From: Actinomycetota bacterium
Lineage (GTDB): Bacteria; Actinomycetota; Acidimicrobiia; IMCC26256; JAENVU01
DNA: 64,000 bases
NCBI GenBank assembly: GCA_016870395.1
Contig: VGBT01000004.1
Coordinates: 64,013-128,012, forward strand
Direction of reading: 5' to 3'
Numbering within the stretch: position 1 is the first letter of the stretch; the number at the start of each line of letters is the position of its first letter. The notes below the pieces were generated by a model. The model was not told the DNA's origin, did no database searches, and was given only the letters and a program-made list of their open reading frames with translations. Position numbers and translations under genes: made by a program. Below, piece by piece: positions 26,296 to 35,266 of the stretch.

Positions 26296-27132
26296 ATGCC
26301 CCGTCGCCGCGTCCCCTCGGACTTCCTCCTCGTCACCGGGCTCATGCTGCTCGTGGTCGCCGGGAGCCTCTGGGTGCTGCGCGACACGCTGGTCGCGACC
26401 GACCGGATCGTGGCAAGGTCCGACGAGATCCTTGCCGAGCAGCCCGTACGCGACACCCTCGCGGTACGCCTCGCCGAGGTCCTCCGGCCGGCGACGCCGG
26501 AGACACCTTTGGCCGAGCTCGAGCGGGCACAGGCGATCGCCGACGAAGCGGTGCTCACCGAGCCGTTCGCAGTGGCCTTCGAGCGGACGCTGCGCGAGAT
26601 CCACGGTCATGTCCTCGAAGGCGACACCACTCCGGTCGTCATGGACGAGACGCTCGTCACCGAGGGGGTGCGCCGAGCCGGTTACACCATCACGACCCGG
26701 ATCGCGGTCACGGTGGACCCCGAGGTGCTCCCCGACCTGTCCCGTTCGTCGCGCGCCGCGGGCACCGCGATCCCGCTGCTCGCGCTCGCCGGGCTGTTCC
26801 TCGTGGTCGCGGCGCTCGTCACGACCGGGCGCCGCCCCGTGCTGCTCACCCGGATCGGACGCTGGCTCCTCGTCAGCGGGCTGGGGGCGATCGTCGTGGT
26901 GCGGCTGGTCCCCGTCGCGGTCCTGCGCCCCTCCGGGGGCTGGCTCGGCGTCGCCGGCATCGTGGTCCAGACCGGCGACGGCGTCGTCCTGCCGGCCGCC
27001 TGCCTGAGCCTCGCAGGCGTCGCGACGATGCTGCTCGGGCACCACCTGGCGACGCGGGGGCGCCGCCGGGCGCTGGCGGTGATCCCGAGGCACCCCGGCC
27101 GCCACGTAGAGGGCTGGCAAAGCCCGGTCTAG
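26296..27132 (+). CDS. Hypothetical membrane protein
   Basis: 278-aa ORF with an N-terminal TM segment (FLLVTGLMLLVVAG) and 3-4 C-terminal TM segments. No family recognised. Confidence 0.5.
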   Translation: MPRRRVPSDFLLVTGLMLLVVAGSLWVLRDTLVATDRIVARSDEILAEQPVRDTLAVRLAEVLRPATPETPLAELERAQAIADEAVLTEPFAVAFERTLREIHGHVLEGDTTPVVMDETLVTEGVRRAGYTITTRIAVTVDPEVLPDLSRSSRAAGTAIPLLALAGLFLVVAALVTTGRRPVLLTRIGRWLLVSGLGAIVVVRLVPVAVLRPSGGWLGVAGIVVQTGDGVVLPAACLSLAGVATMLLGHHLATRGRRRALAVIPRHPGRHVEGWQSPV

Positions 27133-27815
27133 CCGGCCGCGGAACCCTTCAGCCGGTCGAACGCCTCGGCGAAGTAGCCGTCGGCCTGCTCGCCCGAAGT
27201 GCGCGAGATCACCTTGCCCTGCGCGTCGAGCAGCACGATGTAGGGGTAGCCGTCGAGCCCCATCGCGGCACCCGCCGTGCCCTCCTTGTCGTCGACGAGG
27301 GTCGCGACACCGTCGAGGCGCATGTCCTTCACCCATTGCGACGGTGGCCAGTTGACCGCGGTGTCGTTCGAGCCCGTCGGGACGATCATGAGCGCGGTCC
27401 CCTCCGGCACGCCGCTCGTCTCGAGGAATTCGGCGAGGCGGGGTGCCTCGTTGTTGCAGTGCTGACACCAGTGCGCGAGGTAGACAACCATCGTCGGCGT
27501 CCCCGGCACGATCGCGGTGGGTTCGCCGGTGAAGCTCTCACCCCTGACGACCGGTGCCTGCTCCCCCACTGCCGGGTCCTCGCCCGACGAGGAGTAGGTC
27601 GGCAGTGGCGTGCCCTCGACGGTGACGGTGCCGTACTCCGCCACACCCGAGCTCCCGCCGCCGCCCGACGAGTCGGACCCGTCGTCGCCCGACGTGACCG
27701 CGAACACGACGGCGACGAGGCCGAGGACCACGATGCCGCCCACCACGACCCAGAACAGCGGGAAGCTAAACTTCTGTGCCGGCCGCTGGGCCGGGGGCTT
27801 CTTGGCTGCACTCAT
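27129..27815 (-). CDS. TlpA/ResA-like thiol:disulfide oxidoreductase (membrane-anchored thioredoxin fold)
   Basis: N-terminal TM anchor, Gly/Ser linker and the motif YLAHWCQHC. Confidence 0.85.
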   Translation of the reverse strand: MSAAKKPPAQRPAQKFSFPLFWVVVGGIVVLGLVAVVFAVTSGDDGSDSSGGGGSSGVAEYGTVTVEGTPLPTYSSSGEDPAVGEQAPVVRGESFTGEPTAIVPGTPTMVVYLAHWCQHCNNEAPRLAEFLETSGVPEGTALMIVPTGSNDTAVNWPPSQWVKDMRLDGVATLVDDKEGTAGAAMGLDGYPYIVLLDAQGKVISRTSGEQADGYFAEAFDRLKGSAAG

Positions 27816-28375
27816 TCGGTCACGCTCCTCGACGTGTGCCCGAACCACAGGACGGTGGCAACGAGCAGGAAGGCGGTCAGGGCCATGAAGGGGATGGAGA
27901 CGAACCCGTAGCGCAGCGGCAGCGGCCGAACCGAGCACGGGTTCGAGACGTCGCACTTGCCGCCCACGCCTTCGAGGTCGGGGAACCACTCCACGAGGTA
28001 GTGCCAGGTGGACAGCGCCGCGCCCATGAGCGCGAGCACCAGCGCGTACGGCCGTACCGACCAGTCCTTGCGCACGGCCGCGACGATCAGAATCACCGCG
28101 AGCGGGTACATCATCGTGCGCTGGAACCAGCACAGCCGGCACGGCACGAGGTGGCCGCCCTCCGAGAGGTAGAGCGAGCCCGCGGTCGCGACGCCGGCGA
28201 CGAGCGCGCCGAGCGCGAGGCCGCTGCCGCGCAGCGCCTCCACGACGGCGTCCCAGCCGCGGGCGACCGACGGCGACACCAGCGCGAAGAGGCGCATCCC
28301 CCACAGCAGCCCGAGCGCGCCCAGCGCGGCGAGGCACAGCCAGGTGAAGAGGCGGTACCAGTCGAGCAGCCCCAT
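27812..28375 (-). CDS. DsbB/BdbC-family disulfide bond formation protein
   Basis: VPCRLCWFQR motif, a second Cys pair (GKCDVSNPC) and 4 TM segments. ATGA overlap with the TlpA-like gene. The start may be 28375 or 28417. Confidence 0.75.
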   Translation of the reverse strand: MGLLDWYRLFTWLCLAALGALGLLWGMRLFALVSPSVARGWDAVVEALRGSGLALGALVAGVATAGSLYLSEGGHLVPCRLCWFQRTMMYPLAVILIVAAVRKDWSVRPYALVLALMGAALSTWHYLVEWFPDLEGVGGKCDVSNPCSVRPLPLRYGFVSIPFMALTAFLLVATVLWFGHTSRSVTE

Positions 28376-28466
28376 CAGGGTCGTCCCCGCGCCGGGGCCA
28401 TCGGGTGCACGATGCAATTAGACGCACGGACCGGCGTTCGAGTTCCCATCGGCATCCCGAAGGCCG

Positions 28467-28494
28467 GGCGGAGGGGCTCAGGCCGCCCTCCGCC
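28467..28494 (-). terminator. Hairpin downstream of the GNAT gene
   Basis: ggcggagg-(12 nt)-cctccgcc, about 20 nt after the GNAT stop on the minus strand. There is no U-tract. Confidence 0.3.
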
Positions 28495-28512
28495 GGGCTC
28501 GGATCGGGTGCG

Positions 28513-29082
28513 TCAGGGCGCGTCGCGCCGGAAGACGATCAGGTCGCCCACCGTCGCGCCGCACTCGATCTCGGACCGGGTCTCCACGTAGGTGAAGCCG
28601 GCCCGCTCGGCGACCCCGACCGACGCGTCGTTGCCGACCTTGGCCTGCAGCCACAGCGTCGGGCGGCCCACCACGGTGAACGCCCAGTCGCACACGAGCC
28701 GCACCGCGCGCGTCGCGACGCCGCGCCCGCGCGCCGCCGCGGCGAGCCAGTAGCCGAGCTCGTCGGGCAGCAGGTCGCTGTCCTCGTCGGGCCACGGCGC
28801 GCCGACGCGGTGGATGCCGGTGGCGCCGAGCAGCGTGCCGTCGGCCGGGTCGACGATCGCGACCGCGGCGTCGGCGCCGAGCCGCTCGGGATCGCTCGCA
28901 CGGGTCAGGAAGTCCCGGCCGATGGCGTGCGTGTAGGGCGAGGGGACGCGCGTCCACCGGGGGATCTCCGGGTCCTGGCACGCGGCGACGAGCGCGTCGA
29001 GGTCGTCGGCCTGCCAGCCCCGGACGCGAACCGTGCCGTCGTCGAGGCCGTCGGGTGGGAGCAGGTGGATCACGCGCACCAT
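28513..29082 (-). CDS. GNAT family N-acetyltransferase (RimJ/RimL-like)
   Basis: 189 aa with LGYWLAAAARGRGVATRAV, the acetyl-CoA-binding R/Q-x-x-G-x-G/A motif. Confidence 0.85.
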   Translation of the reverse strand: MVRVIHLLPPDGLDDGTVRVRGWQADDLDALVAACQDPEIPRWTRVPSPYTHAIGRDFLTRASDPERLGADAAVAIVDPADGTLLGATGIHRVGAPWPDEDSDLLPDELGYWLAAAARGRGVATRAVRLVCDWAFTVVGRPTLWLQAKVGNDASVGVAERAGFTYVETRSEIECGATVGDLIVFRRDAP

Positions 29083-29146
29083 TCTCGCGGCCGGGCGCGG
29101 CCCTCAACGCGGATTATCGAAAGCGAAGGCCGTCTACGGCTTGCTC

Positions 29147-30868
29147 CTACGGCAGGACCGTCTCCGTGTCGCGGCCGGAGCGAAGGACAGTGCCGGGGGT
29201 CGCACCGGTCGCGGCGTTGTCGGTGACGGTCTCCACGCCGTTCACGAACACGTGCGCCATCCCGAGCACATCGGATGTGAGGCGCGCGGTCCCGCCCGGA
29301 AGGTCTTCCACCAGCGTGGCCGGCGCCGCGCCGACGGTCTCCGGGTCGAGGACCACGAGGTCGGCCGCGTAGCCCTCGGCGATCCGGCCCCGACCGCGGA
29401 GGCCGAACAGACGCGCCGGGTCGTCGGTGAGCATGCGCACCGCGGCCTCGATCGCCACGAGCTTCCGGCCGCGCAGCATGTCGCCGAGGAACCGCGTCGT
29501 GTACGGCGCGCCGCACATGCGGTCGAGATGCGCGCCGGCGTCGGAGCCGCCGAGCATCGCCCGCGGGTCCTCCCACACCTCACGGCGCAGCTCCCACGAC
29601 GCGGGGTCGTTGTCGGGTGCGATCGGCCACAGGATCGTGCGCAGGTCGTCGGCGATCACGAGGTCGAGCAACGTGTCGAACGGGTCGGTGCCCCGCTCCG
29701 CCGCCAGGTCCTTCACGGTCCGGCCCTTGAGACCCTCGTTGGCGGCCGAGTACGTGTCGCCGAGGACGTAGTTCTTCCAGTCGGCGAGGCGGCGGAACAC
29801 CCCGGCCTCGTCGCTGTTCGCGCGGGCGTCCATCCTGCGCCGGGTCTCGGGGTCGCGCAGCTTCTCGATGCGCTCCGGCACCGGCAGGCTCATGACGTCG
29901 CCCCAGCCCGGGAGCATGAACAGCGCGCAGTAGTTGAAAAAGCTCATGTTCATGGGCACGATCACCGGCATCGTGAGCGCGACGACGCGCGCGCCCGCCG
30001 CCGCGGCGCGCGTCGACGCCTCGAGCTGGCGCGTGACCCGTTCGGGGACGCGCGAGTCGACGGTGAGCACGTTCCAGTTGAGCGGCCGCTGCCCCGCCGC
30101 CGACATGCGGGCGAACAGCTCGATCTCGTCGTCGGCGAACTGGTCGAGGCAGCCGTCGATGATCGCCTCGAGCGTGGTGCCCTCGTGGTCGCGCACCGCG
30201 GCGCACAGCGCGAGCACCTCGGCGTGGCTCGCCCAGCGGGAGCCGACCGGCCGGCCGTCGCCGTCGGAGTGCGTCTTCGACAGCGTGGTCGAGAAGCCGA
30301 GCCCCCCCGCCGCGATCGCGATGTGGAGCTCGCGCACCATGGCCTCGGTCTCGGCCGCGGTCGCCTCCCGCCCCACGGCCTCGGCGCCCATCACGTAGCG
30401 GCGCAGCGCGCAGTGGCCCACGAGGAAGCCGGCGTTCACCCCGAGGTTGCCGTCGAGGCGGTCGAGGTACTCGGCGAACGTCTCCCAGCCCCACGCCACG
30501 CCGTTCTCGAGCGCGGCGAGCGGCATGCCCTCGACCTTGGCCATCATCCGGCGCGTGTAGTCGGCGTCCTCCGCGTGCAGCGGCGCGAGCGTAAAGCCGC
30601 AGTTGCCACCGATGATGCTGGTCACCCCGTGCACGTTGCTCGGCGTCGCGAACGGGTCCCAGAAGAGCTGCGCGTCGTAATGGGTGTGCGGGTCGACGAA
30701 GCCGGGCGTGACCATGAGCCCGTCGGCATCGACCACCTGTGCCGCCGGCTCGCCGACCCGGTCGTCGACGGCCACGATGCGGCCATCGCGCGCGCCCACG
30801 TCGGCGCGCCGCGGGGGCGCTCCGGTCCCGTCGAGCACGGTTCCACCACGGATCAGGACATCGAGCAC
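29147..30868 (-). CDS. N-acyl-D-amino-acid deacylase (D-aminoacylase) family amidohydrolase
   Basis: DVLIRGGTVLDGTG...VTPGFVDPHTHYD...GGNCG. GTG start with GGAGG 6 nt upstream. Confidence 0.88.
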   Translation of the reverse strand: MLDVLIRGGTVLDGTGAPPRRADVGARDGRIVAVDDRVGEPAAQVVDADGLMVTPGFVDPHTHYDAQLFWDPFATPSNVHGVTSIIGGNCGFTLAPLHAEDADYTRRMMAKVEGMPLAALENGVAWGWETFAEYLDRLDGNLGVNAGFLVGHCALRRYVMGAEAVGREATAAETEAMVRELHIAIAAGGLGFSTTLSKTHSDGDGRPVGSRWASHAEVLALCAAVRDHEGTTLEAIIDGCLDQFADDEIELFARMSAAGQRPLNWNVLTVDSRVPERVTRQLEASTRAAAAGARVVALTMPVIVPMNMSFFNYCALFMLPGWGDVMSLPVPERIEKLRDPETRRRMDARANSDEAGVFRRLADWKNYVLGDTYSAANEGLKGRTVKDLAAERGTDPFDTLLDLVIADDLRTILWPIAPDNDPASWELRREVWEDPRAMLGGSDAGAHLDRMCGAPYTTRFLGDMLRGRKLVAIEAAVRMLTDDPARLFGLRGRGRIAEGYAADLVVLDPETVGAAPATLVEDLPGGTARLTSDVLGMAHVFVNGVETVTDNAATGATPGTVLRSGRDTETVLP

Positions 30869-30897
30869 TGGGGGCCTCCGCGCCGAGCGTCCAAGAG

Positions 30898-30918
30898 GAT
30901 CTGACGACCCGTCAGATT
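30898..30918. promoter_or_regulatory. Palindromic operator candidate GATCTGACG-ACC-CGTCAGATT
   Basis: Perfect 8-bp arms centred about 40 nt upstream of the D-aminoacylase start. The same site occurs at 5066-5086. Confidence 0.45.
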
Positions 30919-30932
30919 AGTGGTCTCCACCG

Positions 30933-30979
30933 CTTTGGCGTCGCCGGACCGCGACTATCGCGGTCCGGCGACGCCAAAG
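30933..30979. repeat. 47-nt perfect hairpin element, copy 1
   Basis: ctttggcgtcgccggaccgcga-cta-tcgcggtccggcgacgccaaag: 22-bp arms and a 3-nt loop. A second copy lies at 51918-51964. Confidence 0.85.
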
Positions 30980-30994
30980 CCCTGGGGGCCGGGA

Positions 30995-31582
30995 TCAGCG
31001 TTCTCGGGCGGTGGGGTTGGGGGTGAGGTGGCGGGGACGGCAGAGCATCTGCTGGCCGCGCGTCGCGAGCAGCCGTCCGCCCGCCGCCCAGATCGCGCCG
31101 GTACCGCCCCCCAGCCTGTCGACCGCCACCGGCGAACGTGGCATCGGGTCGGAACCGGTACCACCCCCGCTCCCGGATGTTGCCCGGCGGGCGTGCCTCC
31201 CAGTCCTCGACCCAGTCCACCGGGCGCACCTCGAGGTTCTTCCAGAAGTGGAACACGGCGCGCCGCGCTGGGTGAGCGACACCGCGAGCGACCCGGCACG
31301 CCTGGTCCGGCGGATACTGCGCACCGCGACGTCGACGGCGCCGAAGTCAGCCACCCCGACGAAGTGGCCCGCGAACGACGCCGGCCCGCGCAGCGCGATC
31401 GCCGCGACGTAGCCGCGGTTCGACCCCCAGATCTCCGAGTCCCGGTCGAGCCGGGCCACGAACCGGGTGCGGGCGCCCTTCGGCCCGGCGCCCTCGAGCC
31501 CCGTGTCTTCCAGCGCGGTGTCGACGTCGAGCGAACCCATGTCCGGCAGGCTGTGCAGGCCACCTGGCTCCGGCTCCGGCAT
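30995..31582 (-). pseudogene. Acyl-CoA thioesterase (TesB-like double hotdog) remnant, frameshifted and C-terminally truncated
   Basis: MPEPEPGGL...FVARLDRDSEIWGSNRGYVAAIALR...AVSLTQRGAP is in one frame. VFHFWKNLEVRPVDWVEDWEARPPGNIRERGWYRFRPDATFA is in another (ORF 30912..31256). The locus ends after about 195 codons, next to the hairpin element. Confidence 0.55.
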
Positions 31583-31630
31583 CTCGCCGGGTGCAGGCGA
31601 CGCGGCCGCGGTTGTGGCAGGGTGACCGTC

Positions 31631-32368
31631 ATGACGGATGCACCCGTCGCGGTCCTCACCCAGTGCGGCGACTACGTGGGTCCCGCGCTCGCCCGCGTGC
31701 TCGCCGCTTCCGGCCATCGGCTGCTGCTGCACGCTGCGTCCGACGAGCTCGTCACCGAGCTCAGGGCGTCCGGTGCCACCGCCGTCGCGACCGCTGGCGA
31801 TCTCACCTCCGCCGCGGGGAACCACGCGCTCGTCAGCGAAGCGCTGGAACGCTACGGGCGCATCGACGCCGCATGCTTCGCGACCGGCGTGATCGTGACG
31901 GCACGGTTCCTCGACACCACGCCGGCCGAGTGGGACTTCCTCAAGCGAACCTGCCTCGACATGGTGTTTCACGGCCTGCAGGCCGTGCTTCCGCCGATGG
32001 CCGACGCGGGCTACGGCAACGTGATCGTGTTCACCAGCGCCACCGGCCGTCGCGGCGAGCCTCGCGCCGCCGGCTACTCGTCGGTGCGCGCCGGCGCCAA
32101 CATGCTCGTGGAGATGGCCGCCGACCAGGTGGCGGGGCGCGGCGTGTGCGTCAACGCGATCGGCACCAACCACATGGACTTCCCGGGGCTCATCAAGGCG
32201 CTCGGCCTCGAGGACCCGGCCCGGAGGGCGAAGCTGGAGGCGCAGGTGCCGCTGCAGCGGCTCGGCACGATGAGCGAGCTCGCCGAGTTCGCCGCGGTGC
32301 TCCTCGACGGTCGTAGCCGGTTCCAGACCGGCCAGTTCTTCTCCTACTCCGGCGGCTGGAGCAACTAG
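31631..32368 (+). CDS. SDR family oxidoreductase (atypical glycine motif)
   Basis: 245 aa with YSSVRAG (YxxxK-like region), VNAIGTN and a C-terminal GQFFSYSGGW. Confidence 0.75.
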   Translation: MTDAPVAVLTQCGDYVGPALARVLAASGHRLLLHAASDELVTELRASGATAVATAGDLTSAAGNHALVSEALERYGRIDAACFATGVIVTARFLDTTPAEWDFLKRTCLDMVFHGLQAVLPPMADAGYGNVIVFTSATGRRGEPRAAGYSSVRAGANMLVEMAADQVAGRGVCVNAIGTNHMDFPGLIKALGLEDPARRAKLEAQVPLQRLGTMSELAEFAAVLLDGRSRFQTGQFFSYSGGWSN

Positions 32369-32371
32369 CCG

Positions 32372-32757
32372 TTACAGGTCAAGAGTGGCGCCCACGCTCA
32401 TTTCGGCCCGGCGCAATGCCTTTGTGTTCGTGCGAATGAGCAGCTCGCGCGGAACTCGCGCGATCTGCGCGGCGACCTCGGCCACCACGCTCGACAGCTC
32501 GTCGGGCGCGACCACACGGGAGACGAGCCCCATCCGCAGCGTCTCGGGCGCGTCGACAGACCGTCCGGTGAAGCACAGGTCGCGCGCCACCGCCGCCCCG
32601 ACGAGATCACCTTCGGCGGCGCGTAGACCACGCCGCCGAAGGTGATCTCCGGATCGGAGATCCGGTCGCGCAGCTCCACCGAGAGCGCGTTCTTCCTGTC
32701 GGGCCGCTCCAGCGTGAGGATGGCGATCCGATCGTGCGGTCCGTCGATGCGCAGCAC
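32372..32757 (-). pseudogene. Enoyl-CoA hydratase/crotonase remnant with about 100 codons deleted internally
   Basis: The N-terminus LRIDGPHDRIAILTLERPDRKNALSVELRDRISD is in one frame. The C-terminus ARDLCFTGRSVDAPETLRMGLVSRVVAPDEL...RTNTKALRR is in another. They are joined at the 32603-32649 palindrome. Confidence 0.6.
32603..32649. repeat. Perfect 19-bp-arm palindrome at the crotonase deletion junction
   Basis: gagatcaccttcggcggcg-cgtagacca-cgccgccgaaggtgatctc. Confidence 0.85.
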
Positions 32758-32815
32758 GCCCGGGAGTCGTCTTGCGGTCGCGGCCGGTACTCTCGGGCCC
32801 GACCAGGAGGACGCC

Positions 32816-33247
32816 GTGACGTTGACCGACGAGGAGCAAGACCGGTTCCGTGCCGCCCTGCGCGACAACATGGTGAAGACGCCCTACATCAAGGGGCTCG
32901 GCATCGTCATCGAGCGGTGGGAGCCCGAAGGCGTGCTGCTCCGCCTGCCGTTCTCGGAGGCACTCACCAACGACGGCACCGCGCACCACGGCGGCGCGGT
33001 CGCCTCCCTCATGGACACCGCGGGGGCCGGCGCGGTCTGGGCCGGCCACGACTTCGACAAGGGAATGCGGGCGGCCACGGTCTCGATGACGGTCAACTAC
33101 GTGGGCGCGGGCCGCGGCACGGATCTCCTCGCGGAGGCCGTCTGCGTGAAGCGCGGGAAGGATTTGGCGTTTTCGGAGATCCACGTCTCCGACGCCGACG
33201 GGCGGGGCATCGCCACCGGGACCCTCGTGTATCGCATCGTGCCGTGA
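32816..33247 (+). CDS. PaaI-family hotdog-fold thioesterase
   Basis: LTNDGTAHHGGAVASLMDTAGAGAV motif; 143 aa. GTG start preceded by AGGAGG. Confidence 0.8.
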   Translation: MTLTDEEQDRFRAALRDNMVKTPYIKGLGIVIERWEPEGVLLRLPFSEALTNDGTAHHGGAVASLMDTAGAGAVWAGHDFDKGMRAATVSMTVNYVGAGRGTDLLAEAVCVKRGKDLAFSEIHVSDADGRGIATGTLVYRIVP

Positions 33248-33952
33248 GCCACTCCGTGGCGGTAGTGCGCGTTGCGGAGCGCTTCCACACCCGGCTCGCG
33301 TGGCTCGACTCGTAGCACTGCTTCAGCTTCGGGAATCACTACGACCCCGACAACACCCATTACGGCCTGCTCCTTGTGAGCAACGACGACGTCGTCGCTC
33401 CCGGCGGTGGCTTCTCGACGCACTCGCACCGCGACATGGAGATCGTCACCTGGGTGCTCGACGGCGAGCTCGAGCACCGCGACGGCACCGGCACGCACGG
33501 CGTGATCCGGCCCGGACTCGCACAGCCGATGAGCGCGGGACGCGGCATCACCCATTCGGAGATGAACGCGTCGAGCGAGCGGCCCGTGCACTTCCTGCAG
33601 ATGTGGGTGCTCCCCACATCGAAGGCGTCGAGCCGTCCTACGAGCAGCGCGACGTGTCGGCCGCGCTGAGCGCGGGCCAACCCGTGACCGTCGCGTCGGG
33701 TCCGGGCGGCGCGGCGCGATCACGATCCACCAGCGCGACGCCGCGCTCCACGCGGTGCGGCTGGCTCCCGACGCGTCGACGACGATCCCGGGCGCGCCGC
33801 ACGCGCACGTGTTCGTGGCCGCGGGGACAGTTGCACTCGCCGGTTCGGGCGACCTGCTCGTCGGCGAGGCCGCCCGAGCCATCGAGGCCGGACCGCTCGA
33901 GATGGCCGCGGAACCCGAAGGCACCGAGGTCCTCGCCTGGACGACCGCCTGA
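33244..33952 (+). pseudogene. Pirin family protein, disrupted (in-frame TAG plus two frameshifts)
   Basis: ERFHTRLAWLDS*HCFSFGNHYDPDN, with the TAG at 33313-33315, then GGGFSTHSHRDMEIVTWVLDGELEHRD...VHFLQMWVLP. A shift near 33615 leads to IEGVEPSYEQRD, and a shift near 33715 leads to ITIHQRDAALHAVRLAPDAS...EVLAWTTA. Confidence 0.75.
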
Positions 33953-34027
33953 CCCGCCCCGACCCACCCCGAAGGAGTGGTGATCGAGACCGTCGCGACG
34001 ACAGGCGGATCACCAACGCTTGGGGGT

Positions 34028-35266
34028 TCAGGCGACCGAGACCCGGGTCAGGGTCGTGAACGTCGTCGTGTAGACGTCGCGATCCCAGCCGGGCGCGGGG
34101 AACACCACGCTCTGGATCGGGCTTCCCGTCGCCACCCGCCCGCGCACCTCGCCGGTCTCCACGTCGAGCACGACGACGTGCTCGCCCTCGGGTCCGTGGT
34201 CACCCGCCACGACCTCGCCCGTGTCGGGGAACCGGATCATGTGCATCCCCTGTCCCAGCTCGCGACGCCACAACAGCACCAGGCCATCCGCCTCCGAGCG
34301 TCGCATCCCGGCGACCACGCCGTTGCCCGAGTCGTAGGCCACCGCGATCCCCCGCTCGGGATCGAACAGGGGCGGGTTCACGATCACGCCGTGCGGAAGG
34401 CCCGACACCTCCACCAGCTCGTGGTCGGCAGCGTCCGCGACGGCCGCGCGCACCAGGTGCAGCGCGCCCGGCGCCACCCCGCCCCCACGCAGCGAGCCCG
34501 TCCACACGTGCTCGCCGTTGTCCATCCACCACACCTGCCCGCCGGCGATCACCGGATCCCAACCGAACGACTGGTCGGGGCGGCGGTAGGGAACCCTCCA
34601 GCCCTCGTCGCGGGTCAGCGTTGCCGCGGCCGCGTCCCACCGGTACCGGAACGCGGTGTGGTCGCCGACCACGTACACCACGTCGCCGTCGGCGGACAAC
34701 CGCGCGATCGAACCCTCCGGCACCTCCACCTCGGGTCCGACGGGCTCCAGGCGCTCGGGCTCCAGCACGACCAGACGGCTCCGAGCGGAGCCGTCCATCA
34801 CGAAGTCCTTCATCACGAGATGTCCCGACGGGAGCACGAGCAGCGAGTTGTACGGGCGGGGCTGGGGCAGCTCGCGCGCCGCGACCACGGCGAGGTCGGG
34901 CGCCAGTCGATGACACCAGCGCCCGTAGGTCACGTAGAGGTCGCCGTTCGCGTGCACCGCGATCCCGCCCGGCCAGAACGGCCCGCCCGGCAGCTCGGGC
35001 GATCGAGCGACCGGGTCGAGCGACTCCGGATCGACCCGCTCGACCCAGGCGGTCGTCTCGGTCGCGAACGTGCAGCCCTGCACGTACACCTCACCCGGGT
35101 CGCGCAAGACCACCATCCCCGCACCCGGGGCGTCGCGGCACTTCGCCTGCAACGTCTCACCATCGGCCAGCGTGAGCCCCGGCAAGCCGTGCGGCGCCTG
35201 ATCGCGGCGTGGCCCTCCGTCCTCGCCGGGCCACGGGCTCGGGTAGTAGCCGACCGGCCCGGTCAT
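34028..35266 (-). CDS. Hypothetical protein (beta-propeller-like repeats?)
   Basis: 412 aa starting at MTGPVGYYPSPWPGEDGG. ATGA overlap with the upstream crotonase gene. Composition is protein-like, with recurring G-x-V-x-x-D/W strand patterns. No family recognised. Confidence 0.6.
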   Translation of the reverse strand: MTGPVGYYPSPWPGEDGGPRRDQAPHGLPGLTLADGETLQAKCRDAPGAGMVVLRDPGEVYVQGCTFATETTAWVERVDPESLDPVARSPELPGGPFWPGGIAVHANGDLYVTYGRWCHRLAPDLAVVAARELPQPRPYNSLLVLPSGHLVMKDFVMDGSARSRLVVLEPERLEPVGPEVEVPEGSIARLSADGDVVYVVGDHTAFRYRWDAAAATLTRDEGWRVPYRRPDQSFGWDPVIAGGQVWWMDNGEHVWTGSLRGGGVAPGALHLVRAAVADAADHELVEVSGLPHGVIVNPPLFDPERGIAVAYDSGNGVVAGMRRSEADGLVLLWRRELGQGMHMIRFPDTGEVVAGDHGPEGEHVVVLDVETGEVRGRVATGSPIQSVVFPAPGWDRDVYTTTFTTLTRVSVA

